Of a DNA stretch of 64,000 nucleotides, positions 18,887 through 30,004 are shown one piece after another (positions within the stretch are counted from its first letter, which is position 1; every line of letters starts with the position of its first letter). The position numbers were made by a program, and so were the translations under genes. The stretch spans positions 48,670-112,669 of the forward strand of contig JBCBZT010000024.1 of NCBI GenBank assembly GCA_039815185.1, in the 5' to 3' direction. Under the pieces are notes generated by a model, which was not told the DNA's origin, made no database searches, and worked only from the letters and a program-made list of their open reading frames with translations. This DNA is from Cyanobacteria bacterium P01_A01_bin.123. Lineage in GTDB: Bacteria; Cyanobacteriota; Cyanobacteriia; Phormidesmidales; Phormidesmidaceae.

Positions 18887-21800
18887 CTACTCAACTCCCT
18901 CAATCCGGTCTTCCACTTCCTGATACAACTCCTGAAGCTTCTCCAGATTCTCATCACTCGTCTCCCAATACCCCCGACCATTCACCTCCAACAGCGTACT
19001 CACCATCCGCCGGAACGAATTGGGATTCAGATCCATCAGCCGCTTACACATCTCCGGATCTTGAATGAACGTCGCATTGGTATCCTCATAGACCCAGTTA
19101 TCCACCGCGCCCGCCGTCGCCGACCAGCCCATGGTATTCACCAAACGCTTTGACAGCTCCCGCACCCCTTCATAACCGTGGGAGAGCATGCCCTCATACC
19201 ACTTCGGATTTAGCAGCTTAGTCCGGGCATCTAACCGCACCGTTTCCGAGAGGGTACGCACCTGGGCATTAGCCGTGGTCGTATCCGCCACATAGGAGGC
19301 GGGTTGCTTGCCATCACCTCGCAGCTTCGCCACCACCTTGGTGGGATCAGAATCAAAATAGTGGGACACATCCGTCAGCGAAATTTCCGAAGAGTCCAGA
19401 TTTTGGAAGGTGACTTCCGCTGTCTTCAAGGCCGTCTCAAACATATCGCGGGAGTTGTCCATCACCCCCGGATTGTCAGAGTTGAAGGCAAAAGACTTGC
19501 GCTTCAGGTACATTTCCTGGAGTTCGCTTTCCTCTTCCCAAGAGCTGTTTTCTACCGCCAGGTTCACGTTAGAGGCATAAGACCCCGATGCGTTAGAAAA
19601 CACGCGAGTGGCCGCTTGCCGCAAAGACACACCCATTTCTTCCGCTTGCTGCAAAGCATGTTTGCGAACAAAGTTCATCTCCAAAGGTTCATCTGCTTCA
19701 GCGGCCATCTTCACCGCCCGATCTAGCAGCGCCATTTGGTTGATGAACAAATCTCGGAATACCCCAGAACAGTTGATCACAATGTCAACCCGAGGTCGCC
19801 CCAGTTCCTCTAGGGAAAGCAGTTCTAGTTTATTGACCCGCCCGAGGGAATCGGGGACGGGCTTAACCCCAACAAACCAAAGCATTTGAGCCAGCGATTC
19901 GCCGTAGGTTTTGATGTTGTCGGTACCCCACAGCACGGTGGCAATGGTTTCGGGATAGGTACCGCCATTTTCATGCCGCTGCCGCTCTAGCAAGCGATCG
20001 ACGACGATTTTGGCTGACTGCACCGCCGCTGTGGTGGGAATGGACTGGGGATCGAGGGCGTGGATGTTTTTACCCGTAGGCAAGACATCAGGGTTGCGGA
20101 TCGGGTCACCACCAGGGCCGGGTAGGACGTATTCCCCTTCCAAGGCTTTGAGCAGGGCACCGAGTTCGTTATCGGCAACCACCTGCTCCAGGCAAAATTC
20201 CAAGTACTGCATCAGCGGCTTTAGGGCTTCGCTATCTACTCCGGTGTAGCCCGCCTCGTGGAGCGCGTTGATCCAGGGTGCTTTGCGGCCAATGTTGAGG
20301 AAATTGAGCTTTGACACCATGGAAACCCGACCCTCGGCGTCAATTTGTTCTTGCACTAGGGCAGTAACGGCAGCGCGACACCCGGCGTTTATGTCGTAGA
20401 GCAACTGCACGTCGTCTAATACGCCGCGATCGCTGTTGGCGTAGATTTCATCGATATCGCGGTTAAGGCTTTCGGCAATGATCCGCTGGAGGCTCTTGAT
20501 GCCGTCTTCTTCGCGATCCAGTCCGGCGATGTTAACCAGGGTCGCGATCGCTTCTTCAGCCGTCGGCGGTTTACCAATCACGTGTAAACCACAGGGCAGC
20601 AGGCGAGACTCAATCTCCATCAGCTTGATGTAAACCTTACCCACAACATTGTCCCGCTCATCGGTGCTGAGCTGATCGGCGCGGAAGGGGCTGTCGTCCC
20701 CTTCGGATGTCGCCAGTTCGGGGATGTCCCGATCCAGATTGCAGATACGAGCCTGTTCGACAATCGCGTTAACAATTTGCACCGCTCGACCGCCGTCTTT
20801 TAAGCCCTGGTAAGAACCGATGAGTTCACTCAGTTCCTTCAGCCCCTTATACAAGCCCGCATTTTCCGCAGGCGGCGTTAGGTAGCTGATGGTTTCGGCA
20901 TAGCTCCGCCGCTTAGCAATGGTCGCTTCAGAGGGGTTATTGGCCGCATAATAGTAGAGGTTAGGGATCGAGCCAATCAGGTTGTCGGGGTAACAGGTAC
21001 CGGACATGCCCATTTGCTTACCCGGCATAAACTCCAGCGATCCGTGAGTGCCAAAGTGCAGCACCGCATCGGCTCCCCAGATTTTCTCCAGATAGGTATA
21101 AAAGGCTGCAAAACCGTGGTGGGGACTCGCTGAACGAGAAAATAACAGTCGCATCGGGTCGCCTTCGTAGCCAAAGGTGGGCTGCACCCCAATGAACACA
21201 TTGCCAAAAGCTTTGCCGTAGACCAGTAGGTTTTGGCCGTCGGTATTGAGGGTGCCGGGTGGTGGGCCCCAGTTTTCTTCCAGGCGTTGCGAGTAAGGTG
21301 TCAGAGCTTCGTACTCAGGCACACCCATACGGTAAGCGACGTTCAGCTCAGGGCTGGCGTACTGGGCTTGAACGTCGTGGATGACAGCCTGCATCAAGGC
21401 TTCTGGAGTTTCAGGCAAATCCTGAACGTCGTAGCCGTTGAGCTTCATGGCCTGCATCACTTTATGGATGGAGCCAAACACATCCAAATAGGCAGCAGTC
21501 CCGACGTTACCCTTATCAGGCGGGAAGCTAAAGACAGTGATTGCTAACTTTTTATCCAGCTTAGGCAGACGACGTAGGCGTCCCCATTTCATAGCCCGTT
21601 GAGCGATCGCCTCGATGCGATCTTGCAGAGAAATGGCCCGCCCCGTCAGCCCGTCTCGACCGGAGAGCACAATTGGTTCAATGGCCCCGTCTAACTCAGG
21701 AATGGCCATTTGCAGCGCTACCTGAATCGGGTGTAGCCCCAGATCGCTGTCTTCCCATTCCTCAGTGGTTTGGAATACCAAGGGCAGGGCTACCATATAG

Positions 21801-22909
21801 GGGCGGTTGAGTCGTTGCAAAGATTCAATCGCCTTGGGATGATCTTGACGAGCAGGGCCACCGACCAATGCAAATCCGGTTAGGGACACCGCTGCATCAA
21901 CAATGGCAACATTAGGATTAACCGGGTCAAAGAAGTAGGCGTCAACCGGCTTAGAGAAATCTAATCCCCCGGCAAATACAGGTACGACTCGGGCCCCCAT
22001 ATATTCCAGTTCAGACACCAAGGCCACATAGTGGGCATCGTCTCCGGTCACCAGGTGAGTGCGTTGGAGTACCAGCCCGATACAGGGTGCTAGGGGGTCT
22101 TTCAGGTTTTCAGAGAGATCGCGGCGGGAATTGTACCAGTTGAGATATTCCTTGATGTCCTCAAACATCTGGTTAGCCATGGGATGCCAGATGCCCATGT
22201 CTGGGTAAGTGACGGGATCTTGATAGTCTAGGCTGTCAACTTGGGGCGCACCATCAAGCTGCTGATCTTTGAACACGTAGCGATCGGCGAGCATCAGCAA
22301 GAAGTTTTCCAGATTTTCTGAGGATCCCCCCAGCCAATATTGGAAGCTCAGCATAAAGTTGCGCGCATCCTGGGCCTTTTCCACAGGTAGATATTTCAAC
22401 ACCGTGGGCAGGGTACGCAACAGCTTCAGCATGGCGTCTTGGAAGCCCGCGCCGGATTTTTCCTTGCGTTTCTTCATAAAGGACGCGATGGCGCTCTTAG
22501 ACTGGCCCAATTGCGCCATCGAGAAGCTGCCCAGCTTGTTCAACCGCATCACCTGGGGCATAGACGGAAACACCACCGCCACATCCAACTGATCGCGATA
22601 AGGGGCCACAGCCTCAACAACTTTGTCTGCCAAATCTTCAATGAAGATCAGCGAGGCGATGAAGATATTGGCCTCAGACACATCTTTTTGAAACGCCGCG
22701 TAATTTTCACTATCACGCAATTCTTCAATCAGATAGCCGCTGACTTCGACAGCAATCTGTGGATTGTTAGCGTTAATTGCCTGTACCGCTGCTGACAAGG
22801 AACTTTGGTACTGGGGCTCTAACACGACATAGACCACCTTGACCAAGGATCGGCCCCCCAACTCATTGGGAGCAACGTGGCGCACAGTGGGCTTGACGTG
22901 AGTGAACAT
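18887..22909 (-). CDS. chlH: Magnesium chelatase subunit H
   Basis: MFTHVK start, [26 protein letters not shown], ends [10 protein letters not shown]. Confidence 0.98.
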   Translation of the reverse strand: MFTHVKPTVRHVAPNELGGRSLVKVVYVVLEPQYQSSLSAAVQAINANNPQIAVEVSGYLIEELRDSENYAAFQKDVSEANIFIASLIFIEDLADKVVEAVAPYRDQLDVAVVFPSMPQVMRLNKLGSFSMAQLGQSKSAIASFMKKRKEKSGAGFQDAMLKLLRTLPTVLKYLPVEKAQDARNFMLSFQYWLGGSSENLENFLLMLADRYVFKDQQLDGAPQVDSLDYQDPVTYPDMGIWHPMANQMFEDIKEYLNWYNSRRDLSENLKDPLAPCIGLVLQRTHLVTGDDAHYVALVSELEYMGARVVPVFAGGLDFSKPVDAYFFDPVNPNVAIVDAAVSLTGFALVGGPARQDHPKAIESLQRLNRPYMVALPLVFQTTEEWEDSDLGLHPIQVALQMAIPELDGAIEPIVLSGRDGLTGRAISLQDRIEAIAQRAMKWGRLRRLPKLDKKLAITVFSFPPDKGNVGTAAYLDVFGSIHKVMQAMKLNGYDVQDLPETPEALMQAVIHDVQAQYASPELNVAYRMGVPEYEALTPYSQRLEENWGPPPGTLNTDGQNLLVYGKAFGNVFIGVQPTFGYEGDPMRLLFSRSASPHHGFAAFYTYLEKIWGADAVLHFGTHGSLEFMPGKQMGMSGTCYPDNLIGSIPNLYYYAANNPSEATIAKRRSYAETISYLTPPAENAGLYKGLKELSELIGSYQGLKDGGRAVQIVNAIVEQARICNLDRDIPELATSEGDDSPFRADQLSTDERDNVVGKVYIKLMEIESRLLPCGLHVIGKPPTAEEAIATLVNIAGLDREEDGIKSLQRIIAESLNRDIDEIYANSDRGVLDDVQLLYDINAGCRAAVTALVQEQIDAEGRVSMVSKLNFLNIGRKAPWINALHEAGYTGVDSEALKPLMQYLEFCLEQVVADNELGALLKALEGEYVLPGPGGDPIRNPDVLPTGKNIHALDPQSIPTTAAVQSAKIVVDRLLERQRHENGGTYPETIATVLWGTDNIKTYGESLAQMLWFVGVKPVPDSLGRVNKLELLSLEELGRPRVDIVINCSGVFRDLFINQMALLDRAVKMAAEADEPLEMNFVRKHALQQAEEMGVSLRQAATRVFSNASGSYASNVNLAVENSSWEEESELQEMYLKRKSFAFNSDNPGVMDNSRDMFETALKTAEVTFQNLDSSEISLTDVSHYFDSDPTKVVAKLRGDGKQPASYVADTTTANAQVRTLSETVRLDARTKLLNPKWYEGMLSHGYEGVRELSKRLVNTMGWSATAGAVDNWVYEDTNATFIQDPEMCKRLMDLNPNSFRRMVSTLLEVNGRGYWETSDENLEKLQELYQEVEDRIEGVE

Positions 22910-23549
22910 GCGATAAAACTCCTTTGAATCTTTGATGCGTACTCTCTCTTCCAAATTCCCTGGGATAGGCGGGGTGCTTAGCCAGGAAACAAATCACCAA
23001 TGACGCTTGTGGTGGTTACTGTGGGCTAAAAATAATCCATCTGCTCTAACCACTTCAGCGACAGTCTACAAAGCCATTATCAAGGGGCCATTATCAAGGG
23101 ATGAATTTAACCCAAAGTTATGTTTAGAAGTGCTTGACAAAATGACATTAAACAAAAATCACTAACACCATGTCTAACTAAACTTTAGGATTGATGAGCT
23201 TTCACTCTCAAAACCGCGATCGCAACTCAAGCAAAGTCAAAAAGCGTAGGTTTACAAACTTGACGGAATGCATTAACAAACACTTTTTATTGAGCCCCAC
23301 TCGGCTCAGACACCTAACAGTGTTTGTATCAGAGAAACCCCGCCTCATCAGCGATCGCGTCGCTTTGCGACACAATTTTACATAAACAATCTCTGCGTTT
23401 GTAAACTAAATTTACAAAAATTCGGATTGAATACTCCGCTAATGTGTCTAATCACGAATAATACTATCTCTAAATAAAAATAATAGTCTTTATTAGCTCG
23501 CTACTGATTAATTAAATCGCGCATTTTGCTCAGGGTGAGGCATTGACTC

Positions 23550-23605
23550 ATATCAATAGGCTGAAGCCGCTGCAGTTAATTGCAGCGGCTTCAGCCTATT
23601 GATAT
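23550..23605. terminator. 25-bp perfect inverted repeat downstream of the TPR gene
   Basis: ATATCAATAGGCTGAAGCCGCTGCA-GTTAAT-TGCAGCGGCTTCAGCCTATTGATAT. Confidence 0.65.
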
Positions 23606-23638
23606 TGGGTGCTGATATTAGATGCGGTGATACGTGCG

Positions 23639-24436
23639 TTACGCCGTTTTTCCTGAAGCAAGTTGTTTTAACCAGTCTTGTACGCGCTGGTATAGGGCCT
23701 TGGGTGCATCTACTTGACGGGCCTTAGCAATTTGCAATAGGGGTAGAGCCTTACAGTAATCAGCAATTGCACAGTTCCAATCGCCCCAAAGATGATAGGT
23801 ACGCCCCCGTTCGGCATAAATTTGGCCTGCGAGCTTACCAAAGGTTAGGGCTTCGTCAAAATAGGCGATCGCGGCCGGATAGTCTTTTACCTCACGGAAG
23901 GTAATCCCCAAATTGATCCGCGCTCTGACGGTAAAGGGGTTAAGATTTAGGGCTTGCTGATAATCTGCGATCGCGGCTGAAAAATCACCCTGGGCAGCGT
24001 AGAGGTTAGCCCGGTTATTGTAAGCGTTGTGCAAACCAGGATTGAGGCGCAATGCTGTGCTAAAGTCCGCGATCGCCGCGGCGAGCTGGCCTGAGCGCCA
24101 GTAAATCACGCCCCGGTTGTTGTAATGGTCTGCATCACTAGGATGGGATGTAATTAACCGATTGAGCATCGCGATCGCCCGCTTGAAATCGCCTCGTCGG
24201 GCCTCCAACAGTGCTACCTGACGTAGGAGAGACACCTGTAGGGGGCGGCCGTGAAGACCTGAAGATGAATCGGCTTCACCCTCGTCCTCAGGGTGGGTTG
24301 CCAAAGGCTGATGACCCGCAATAGACACGGAAATAGGATACGGTCTTGAGGGGTCTTTCGCAGGTTCTGGTGTATTGGGAGATGGATCAATTTTCATCAT
24401 TAAACTCCACAATTTGCTCAGTAGATGCGCCGCCAA
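23639..24436 (-). CDS. Tetratricopeptide repeat protein
   Basis: Repeats YNNRG...AIADF..AL.LNP; start uncertain. Confidence 0.9.
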   Translation of the reverse strand: MAAHLLSKLWSLMMKIDPSPNTPEPAKDPSRPYPISVSIAGHQPLATHPEDEGEADSSSGLHGRPLQVSLLRQVALLEARRGDFKRAIAMLNRLITSHPSDADHYNNRGVIYWRSGQLAAAIADFSTALRLNPGLHNAYNNRANLYAAQGDFSAAIADYQQALNLNPFTVRARINLGITFREVKDYPAAIAYFDEALTFGKLAGQIYAERGRTYHLWGDWNCAIADYCKALPLLQIAKARQVDAPKALYQRVQDWLKQLASGKTA

Positions 24437-24945
24437 TTAACCTCTGGCTTAGTTTTGCAAGCCTTAGCCCAGTCAAGGGGGAGGGATGTGCAACTTGTCA
24501 GGCTGTCTATTCGATGCGTAAGTTTTTAGAACGCCATAAATGGCAACTAAAATCGCATGTCGGCATCCTCGCACCCCTGTTGAGCAGCCCCAACCGTAAA
24601 AAAACGGATCTAACCGCTGCCTGTTGGGCATGGGGCGGTTTTGGTGCAAATTTCTCCGTAGATTTGCGGAATACCGTACTCCCTTTGGCGTTTGGCAGCG
24701 TGATGTTTGCCTTGATTCACAGTCAGTCGTTTGTGACGGATTCTCACGGTCAACTGGGCAACAGCAAAGATCGAGCTACAATGCAGCCGTATGTTCTATG
24801 GAATGCAACGCAATAAAGCACATCGCATGTGAAACCTTGAGTTTTTAGCTTGAGGAAAGCTATTGATCTATCCGTCTTATGTATCTAGATGTGGTTTAGT
24901 GAATGCACCCCCGGACTGCCTCAATTGACAGGATTTTTTTGAGCT

Positions 24946-25413
24946 ATGACAAGTGCAACCGCTGTGTTTAAATCTGCGCCGGACTTATCCCCTGATGACT
25001 ATGTTGTCGTTGGATTGGCGACCTGTTTTGTTCGAGAAGAGGGGGAAGTCAGCCAAGTGACCGTCGCAGAACCCGTTCCATCAGCTTATTTAGAAGCACT
25101 GTTTAAGGGGGTCCCAACCTCTTACCAGAGTTTGCATGCGGTAACCTTGGGCGAAGTTGTCTCAGATGAACAACCCCAAATGATTCCGGGAGCTGCCAAA
25201 AATACCGATTTTTGTCCTGAGTTTATCTCCCGTATCTTTGCCGCTGCGAGGACCTATAAGTCTCGCCCAGAAGCACAGGCCCTAGTTCCTGTTGGCAGTA
25301 TCAAAACCGATATAAACCATTCGACAGAACGCAAACGCGTGCTCAATGCCGAGCATATCGTGCGCACAGAAGACAACGTGAAACAGCATGAATATACCCA
25401 CAAGGTGCTTTAA
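24946..25413 (+). CDS. Conserved cyanobacterial hypothetical protein
   Basis: DDYVVVGLATCF, AAARTYK, DNVKQH..THKVL; clean ORF. Confidence 0.8.
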   Translation: MTSATAVFKSAPDLSPDDYVVVGLATCFVREEGEVSQVTVAEPVPSAYLEALFKGVPTSYQSLHAVTLGEVVSDEQPQMIPGAAKNTDFCPEFISRIFAAARTYKSRPEAQALVPVGSIKTDINHSTERKRVLNAEHIVRTEDNVKQHEYTHKVL

Positions 25414-25493
25414 AAGTTATTTATGATACGATTCCTTCCCCGTATTGCTCCTAACAATAAAGTATCAATGTATCAGTCTGGGGAAGGTGCGGT

Positions 25494-26798
25494 ATGAGCA
25501 TTTCATCGGGGCCACAGCTGGATCACCAGCCTTTGGAAAACGCCCAAGCGGGAGAAGATTATCCGCTGAGTGCGGTTCCAGTTTCGGCACGTAAGCCTTT
25601 TTGGTCGTTAGCGCTGCTGTTAATGGGATTCGCCCTAACCTCGACGACCTTGTTCGCTGGGGGTGCTATTGGGCCAGCTTTCAACCCATCAACTTTGATG
25701 ATGGTTATTGTCGTTGGCAATCTAATTTTGGGGGTGTACTGTGCTGCCCTGGGTTATATTGCCTCTCAAAGTGGGCTGACCACGGTGTTGATGGCCCGGT
25801 TTAGCTTCGGCAATGTAGGATCGCGCTGGGTTGATTTCATCATGGGGTTTACCCAGATTGGGTGGTATGCCTTCACCACTGCAATTATTGTGCAGGTGCT
25901 GATGGAAATTTTAGGATTGCCCCAAAGTGGTTTTCTCTACGTTGCACTGGTCTTTTTCTTTAACTACGGCTTTTGCGCCACAGCTTATATTGGCTATCGG
26001 GCAATCGACTGGTTGAGCCGCCTGGCAGTCCCCGCCATGCTGATTTTGGTAGCCATTAGTTTGGCCCTGGCGTTCCGAGACTATGGTAGTGCTACCACTA
26101 TCGTCCCCACTGGTGAGCTAAGCTTTGGTGCGGCACTCGCAATCGTGATTGGCACGTTTATCTCCGGCGGTACTCAGGCTACAAATTGGAGCCGCTTTGC
26201 CAACAGCGGCAAAAATGCTGTGATTGGCACGCTGTCAGCTTTTATGGTGGTCAACGGTATCCTGGTATTCGCCGGAGCATTTTGCACGCTGGTTTATGGT
26301 AGCGAAGATTTAATTAAGGCGATGGCGACTCAGGGCATTCTGGCGGCTGGGGTGATTTTGTTAGTCCTCAACGTCTGGACAACTCAAGACAACACGATTT
26401 ATGCGTTTTCTGTGGCCGGGTCAAATATGTTTCGCACAACCAAGCGTCACCTGTTTGTACTCGGTGGGGCGACGTTCGCGTTGGTGTTAACGCTAGGAGG
26501 CATCTATCAATATTTGCCTACTTATCTGATCTTCTTGGGAACAGTGATTCCGCCAGTGGGAGGGATTATCATGGCAGACTATTGGCTGCGTCATCAAGGT
26601 GAATTTCCGAGCCTGACGGCGAGGATTCCAGCGTTTAACTGGGCTGGGGTCATTGCCTATGTCGCGGCTTCTGCGATCGCCTATTTTACCGCCAAGGCCG
26701 ATCTTGGGGTTGGTCCGGTGAACGGCATTATTCTTGCAGCTGTTCTCTATGCAATTCTATATCGCATTATTCCTCAGCCCATTCGCCAAGTGGATTAA
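25494..26798 (+). CDS. codB: Cytosine permease (NCS1 family)
   Basis: DYPLSAVP, GFTQIGWY, LNVWTTQDNTIY, PPVGGIIMADY. Confidence 0.9.
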   Translation: MSISSGPQLDHQPLENAQAGEDYPLSAVPVSARKPFWSLALLLMGFALTSTTLFAGGAIGPAFNPSTLMMVIVVGNLILGVYCAALGYIASQSGLTTVLMARFSFGNVGSRWVDFIMGFTQIGWYAFTTAIIVQVLMEILGLPQSGFLYVALVFFFNYGFCATAYIGYRAIDWLSRLAVPAMLILVAISLALAFRDYGSATTIVPTGELSFGAALAIVIGTFISGGTQATNWSRFANSGKNAVIGTLSAFMVVNGILVFAGAFCTLVYGSEDLIKAMATQGILAAGVILLVLNVWTTQDNTIYAFSVAGSNMFRTTKRHLFVLGGATFALVLTLGGIYQYLPTYLIFLGTVIPPVGGIIMADYWLRHQGEFPSLTARIPAFNWAGVIAYVAASAIAYFTAKADLGVGPVNGIILAAVLYAILYRIIPQPIRQVD

Positions 26799-26805
26799 GA
26801 CCCCA

Positions 26806-27978
26806 TTACGAATTCAAGCTGTCGATCACATGTTGGGTGCAGCGTTGAGCTTGATTTTCTACTGTTAACCCAACGGGATTAAGCCCATGAGTGATAAAGC
26901 GGTCGGGGTTGAGTAATGCCACTGCTTCTGCAGCCGCCCCGATTGTTACCCATGGCAATCGTTCCAGGCTGCGATAAATCCCAATGGATTTCAGGTCTAG
27001 GTTAAACGGCCCAGCTGAGAAATTGGGATTTAACTGACGGTCATACTCAAATTTACTCAGCATAAGCTGAAACGAGTAAATGTGCGCCGGTCTCAACGGT
27101 GGAGCATTGGGGATTGTTTTAGCCCGAAAGGTGGGTACAAATTGATCAAAGGGCAGCATCAACGTCTGCCAATTGTCTATTGCCGTGTCGAAGGACTGGC
27201 AATAGGCAGGACTATCCCAGCCCTCGTTGTCACGCAAGATGAATTTGTAGCGGTTGCCATCGCCGCGTGCCTCCAATTGGATACCTGCCCACTGGGACAG
27301 CTTGAAGGGTGGGTCAAAATTTCGCGTTCGCACTGAAGCGAATCCACCAGAATTGGCCGTAGAAACTTCGCCACAAAACCTAGTTTGATTTCCCCGTTTT
27401 TGCAACCCACTGGTACTCACTCCCCCCATCACCACATCGTCTAATGCTCCCCAAACTAGCTGAGTTTGGGAGCCAGCCTGGGCCTGGATAAAATCAAACA
27501 GCGTGTGAGTAATGACGGCGCGATCCGCTAACCCGGCGTTCAAAGCAGATTGCCACTGATCTAAGGAAGCGACGGTGGCACCATCACCACAATAAACAAT
27601 CGCACCAACGCCTTGCATCAACTGCTGCAACTGATAGGTTGAAAGGCTCGCTGGGTTTTGACTATCTCCGGTAATCAGTGCAGGCTCTTCACCCAGAATA
27701 GAGCGGGCATTGGGCAAATGAGGTACCAGCGATCGCACGGCAATGCCCCGATCTTGTAATTGTTTGATAACTTGTTGCCCAACGGGGGTTAGGGCGCCTA
27801 TGACTAGCACTACGGCGATCGCCGAATAATCAGGCACTAAGGTAGAAGGTGGCGTAGGAGATTGACCAAACATTGTTTGAATCCAACGGATACTGCCAAA
27901 GAAAGGGACTTCCCCAAAAAAGTTCAGCGTATCGATAAAGCGTTCCAGCTTCCATTGGGGCGTGGGGTTTTGAGCCAT
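26806..27978 (-). CDS. NAD(P)-binding / CIA30 family protein
   Basis: WGALDDVVMGGVS, NSGGFASVR, QLMLSKFEYD. Confidence 0.9.
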   Translation of the reverse strand: MAQNPTPQWKLERFIDTLNFFGEVPFFGSIRWIQTMFGQSPTPPSTLVPDYSAIAVVLVIGALTPVGQQVIKQLQDRGIAVRSLVPHLPNARSILGEEPALITGDSQNPASLSTYQLQQLMQGVGAIVYCGDGATVASLDQWQSALNAGLADRAVITHTLFDFIQAQAGSQTQLVWGALDDVVMGGVSTSGLQKRGNQTRFCGEVSTANSGGFASVRTRNFDPPFKLSQWAGIQLEARGDGNRYKFILRDNEGWDSPAYCQSFDTAIDNWQTLMLPFDQFVPTFRAKTIPNAPPLRPAHIYSFQLMLSKFEYDRQLNPNFSAGPFNLDLKSIGIYRSLERLPWVTIGAAAEAVALLNPDRFITHGLNPVGLTVENQAQRCTQHVIDSLNS

Positions 27979-28605
27979 AGCTGTATATTTTGCGTGCTAG
28001 GGATAATTAACTTGAAATAACCCCTTAAAATGAAAAATTTTGGAATATTTGGAATAATCAAACTTTAGCTTGTAGTAACTATACTGAATCACTATTTGAG
28101 CTTTCGCCACCCAAATTAACTGGGCTTACTGAGCAATCAGGCAAGGGGAATTGGTAAGCACTAGATCCCTGAGCTAATTGCCTCAAGTAAGAACCAGTAG
28201 CCGTCTTCCGTACAAGGCTCTGGCTTCGCCTTGCCGTAAATGTAACGTTTGACCACCTGGTTTTCACTGAATCTTTTACAGATCCCAGGATATCGCTTTA
28301 AGTGAAAATAATTATGTGTTCTGTGAGATAACGGAATATTTTGATATGACAGTCTGGGCACACTCTTGGGCACACTATTTATATGAAGCTTCTTGTTTTC
28401 TTTAAGAAAAATCTGGAGCACGCTAAAGATTTGCTGAAGGGAACCCCGGATGCTGTTCTCAATGCGATCGCGATTGTTACGCTAATCTGAACTACTTAGA
28501 TGGGGTGACATCAACCGACAAGTGGCCTTAGCCACGGCCTTGGTCAGTGCAGGTTGCTCATTGCATTCAACAAAACTAGCCAAACTTAACAATCACTGGG
28601 AATTC

Positions 28606-29886
28606 ATGCGTATCCTAATTTATTCCTATAATTACCATCCTGAACCCATCGGTATCGCGCCGCTCATGACTGAGTTGGCGGAAGGATTGGTAGCTCGAGG
28701 GCACGAGGTACGAGTCGTGACGGCGATGCCCAACTATCCAGAACGCAAGATTTATCCCGAGTATCGCGGCAAGCTGTACGTCAACGAAGAACGTAATGGG
28801 GTTCAGATTCAGCGCTGCTATGTGTCTATTCGCCCTAACCCAGGCTTAGTGACGCGCTTCATGTTAGACGGTAGTTTTGTGCTCTTGAGCTTCTTTCAGG
28901 CCCTCCGGGGTTGGCGACCCGACTTGATTCTATCTACTAGTCCTTCCTTACCTGCTTCTGTTCCGGTTGCCTTACTCAAATCGCTTTACGGTTGTCCGGT
29001 TGTCCTGAATTTACAAGATATTTTGCCTGAGGCGGCCGTTCAAACAGGCATTATTACCAATAAAGTCGCTATTCGAGTCTTTGAAACCCTAGAGAAGTTT
29101 GCCTATGGGAGTGCAACGCACATTAGCGTGATTGCAGACGGGTTCACTCGCAACCTGATCGATAAAGGTGTGCCTGCTCAAAAAATTACCTGTGTTCCTA
29201 ACTGGGTAGATGTCAACTTTATTCGCCCCCTGCCGAAGTATGACAACGACTTCCGCCGGGAGAATAACCTGGAAGATAAATTTGTGGTGATGTACTCAGG
29301 TAACATTGCCCGTACCCAGGGCATCAGCACCATCATCCGGGCTGCTGCATCTCTAACAGATCAACCTGATATTAAATTTGTCATCGTTGGTGAACAGTCA
29401 CAACTGTCTGAGCTAGAGATGCTACGTCAAGAACTTGGGGCGGATAACGTTATTCTGCGACCCTTTGCCCCACGGGAAAAATTGCCCGAAATGTTGGCTG
29501 CGTCTGATGTCGGCTTGATTATGCAGAAGAAGAATGTAGTCTGCTTCAATATGCCTTCTAAAACTCAAGTGCTGCTGGCTAGTGGTCGCCCGATTATTGC
29601 CTCAGTGCCTGCCGAGGGAACTGCAGCTGATGCGGTTCGTAATAGTGGTGGTGGTATGGTGATTCGACCTGAAAACCCATCTGACTTAGCTCAAGCAATT
29701 GTGGAGCTTTATCAGAATAAGGAAAAGGCTGATGCCTTGGGTCGTCAGGGACGGCATCATGCGGAGACGACCTATTCCTTCAACCAGGCAATTGAGTCCT
29801 ACGAGGCTTTGTTTAAAGCACTGGCTGAAAAGCAAGGTGTGCCTGCAAGTGCTTTTGCTAAGGCGGTTGATAGTCAGCGCAGTTAA
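28606..29886 (+). CDS. GT4 glycosyltransferase (WcaI-like)
   Basis: MRILIYSYNYHPEPIGIA, PNWVD, YSGNI, MPSK; ATG at 28606. Confidence 0.92.
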   Translation: MRILIYSYNYHPEPIGIAPLMTELAEGLVARGHEVRVVTAMPNYPERKIYPEYRGKLYVNEERNGVQIQRCYVSIRPNPGLVTRFMLDGSFVLLSFFQALRGWRPDLILSTSPSLPASVPVALLKSLYGCPVVLNLQDILPEAAVQTGIITNKVAIRVFETLEKFAYGSATHISVIADGFTRNLIDKGVPAQKITCVPNWVDVNFIRPLPKYDNDFRRENNLEDKFVVMYSGNIARTQGISTIIRAAASLTDQPDIKFVIVGEQSQLSELEMLRQELGADNVILRPFAPREKLPEMLAASDVGLIMQKKNVVCFNMPSKTQVLLASGRPIIASVPAEGTAADAVRNSGGGMVIRPENPSDLAQAIVELYQNKEKADALGRQGRHHAETTYSFNQAIESYEALFKALAEKQGVPASAFAKAVDSQRS

Positions 29887-30004
29887 ACGCTGACAGCTTG
29901 AACCCTAATTAATTGGAGCCATGAGTGTCTCAAGAGCACTTTGTTAGATAAACGATGTGGCTTGCAATGGTACAAAGTTGTTTGGTCGAGAATATTACTG
30001 ATGA

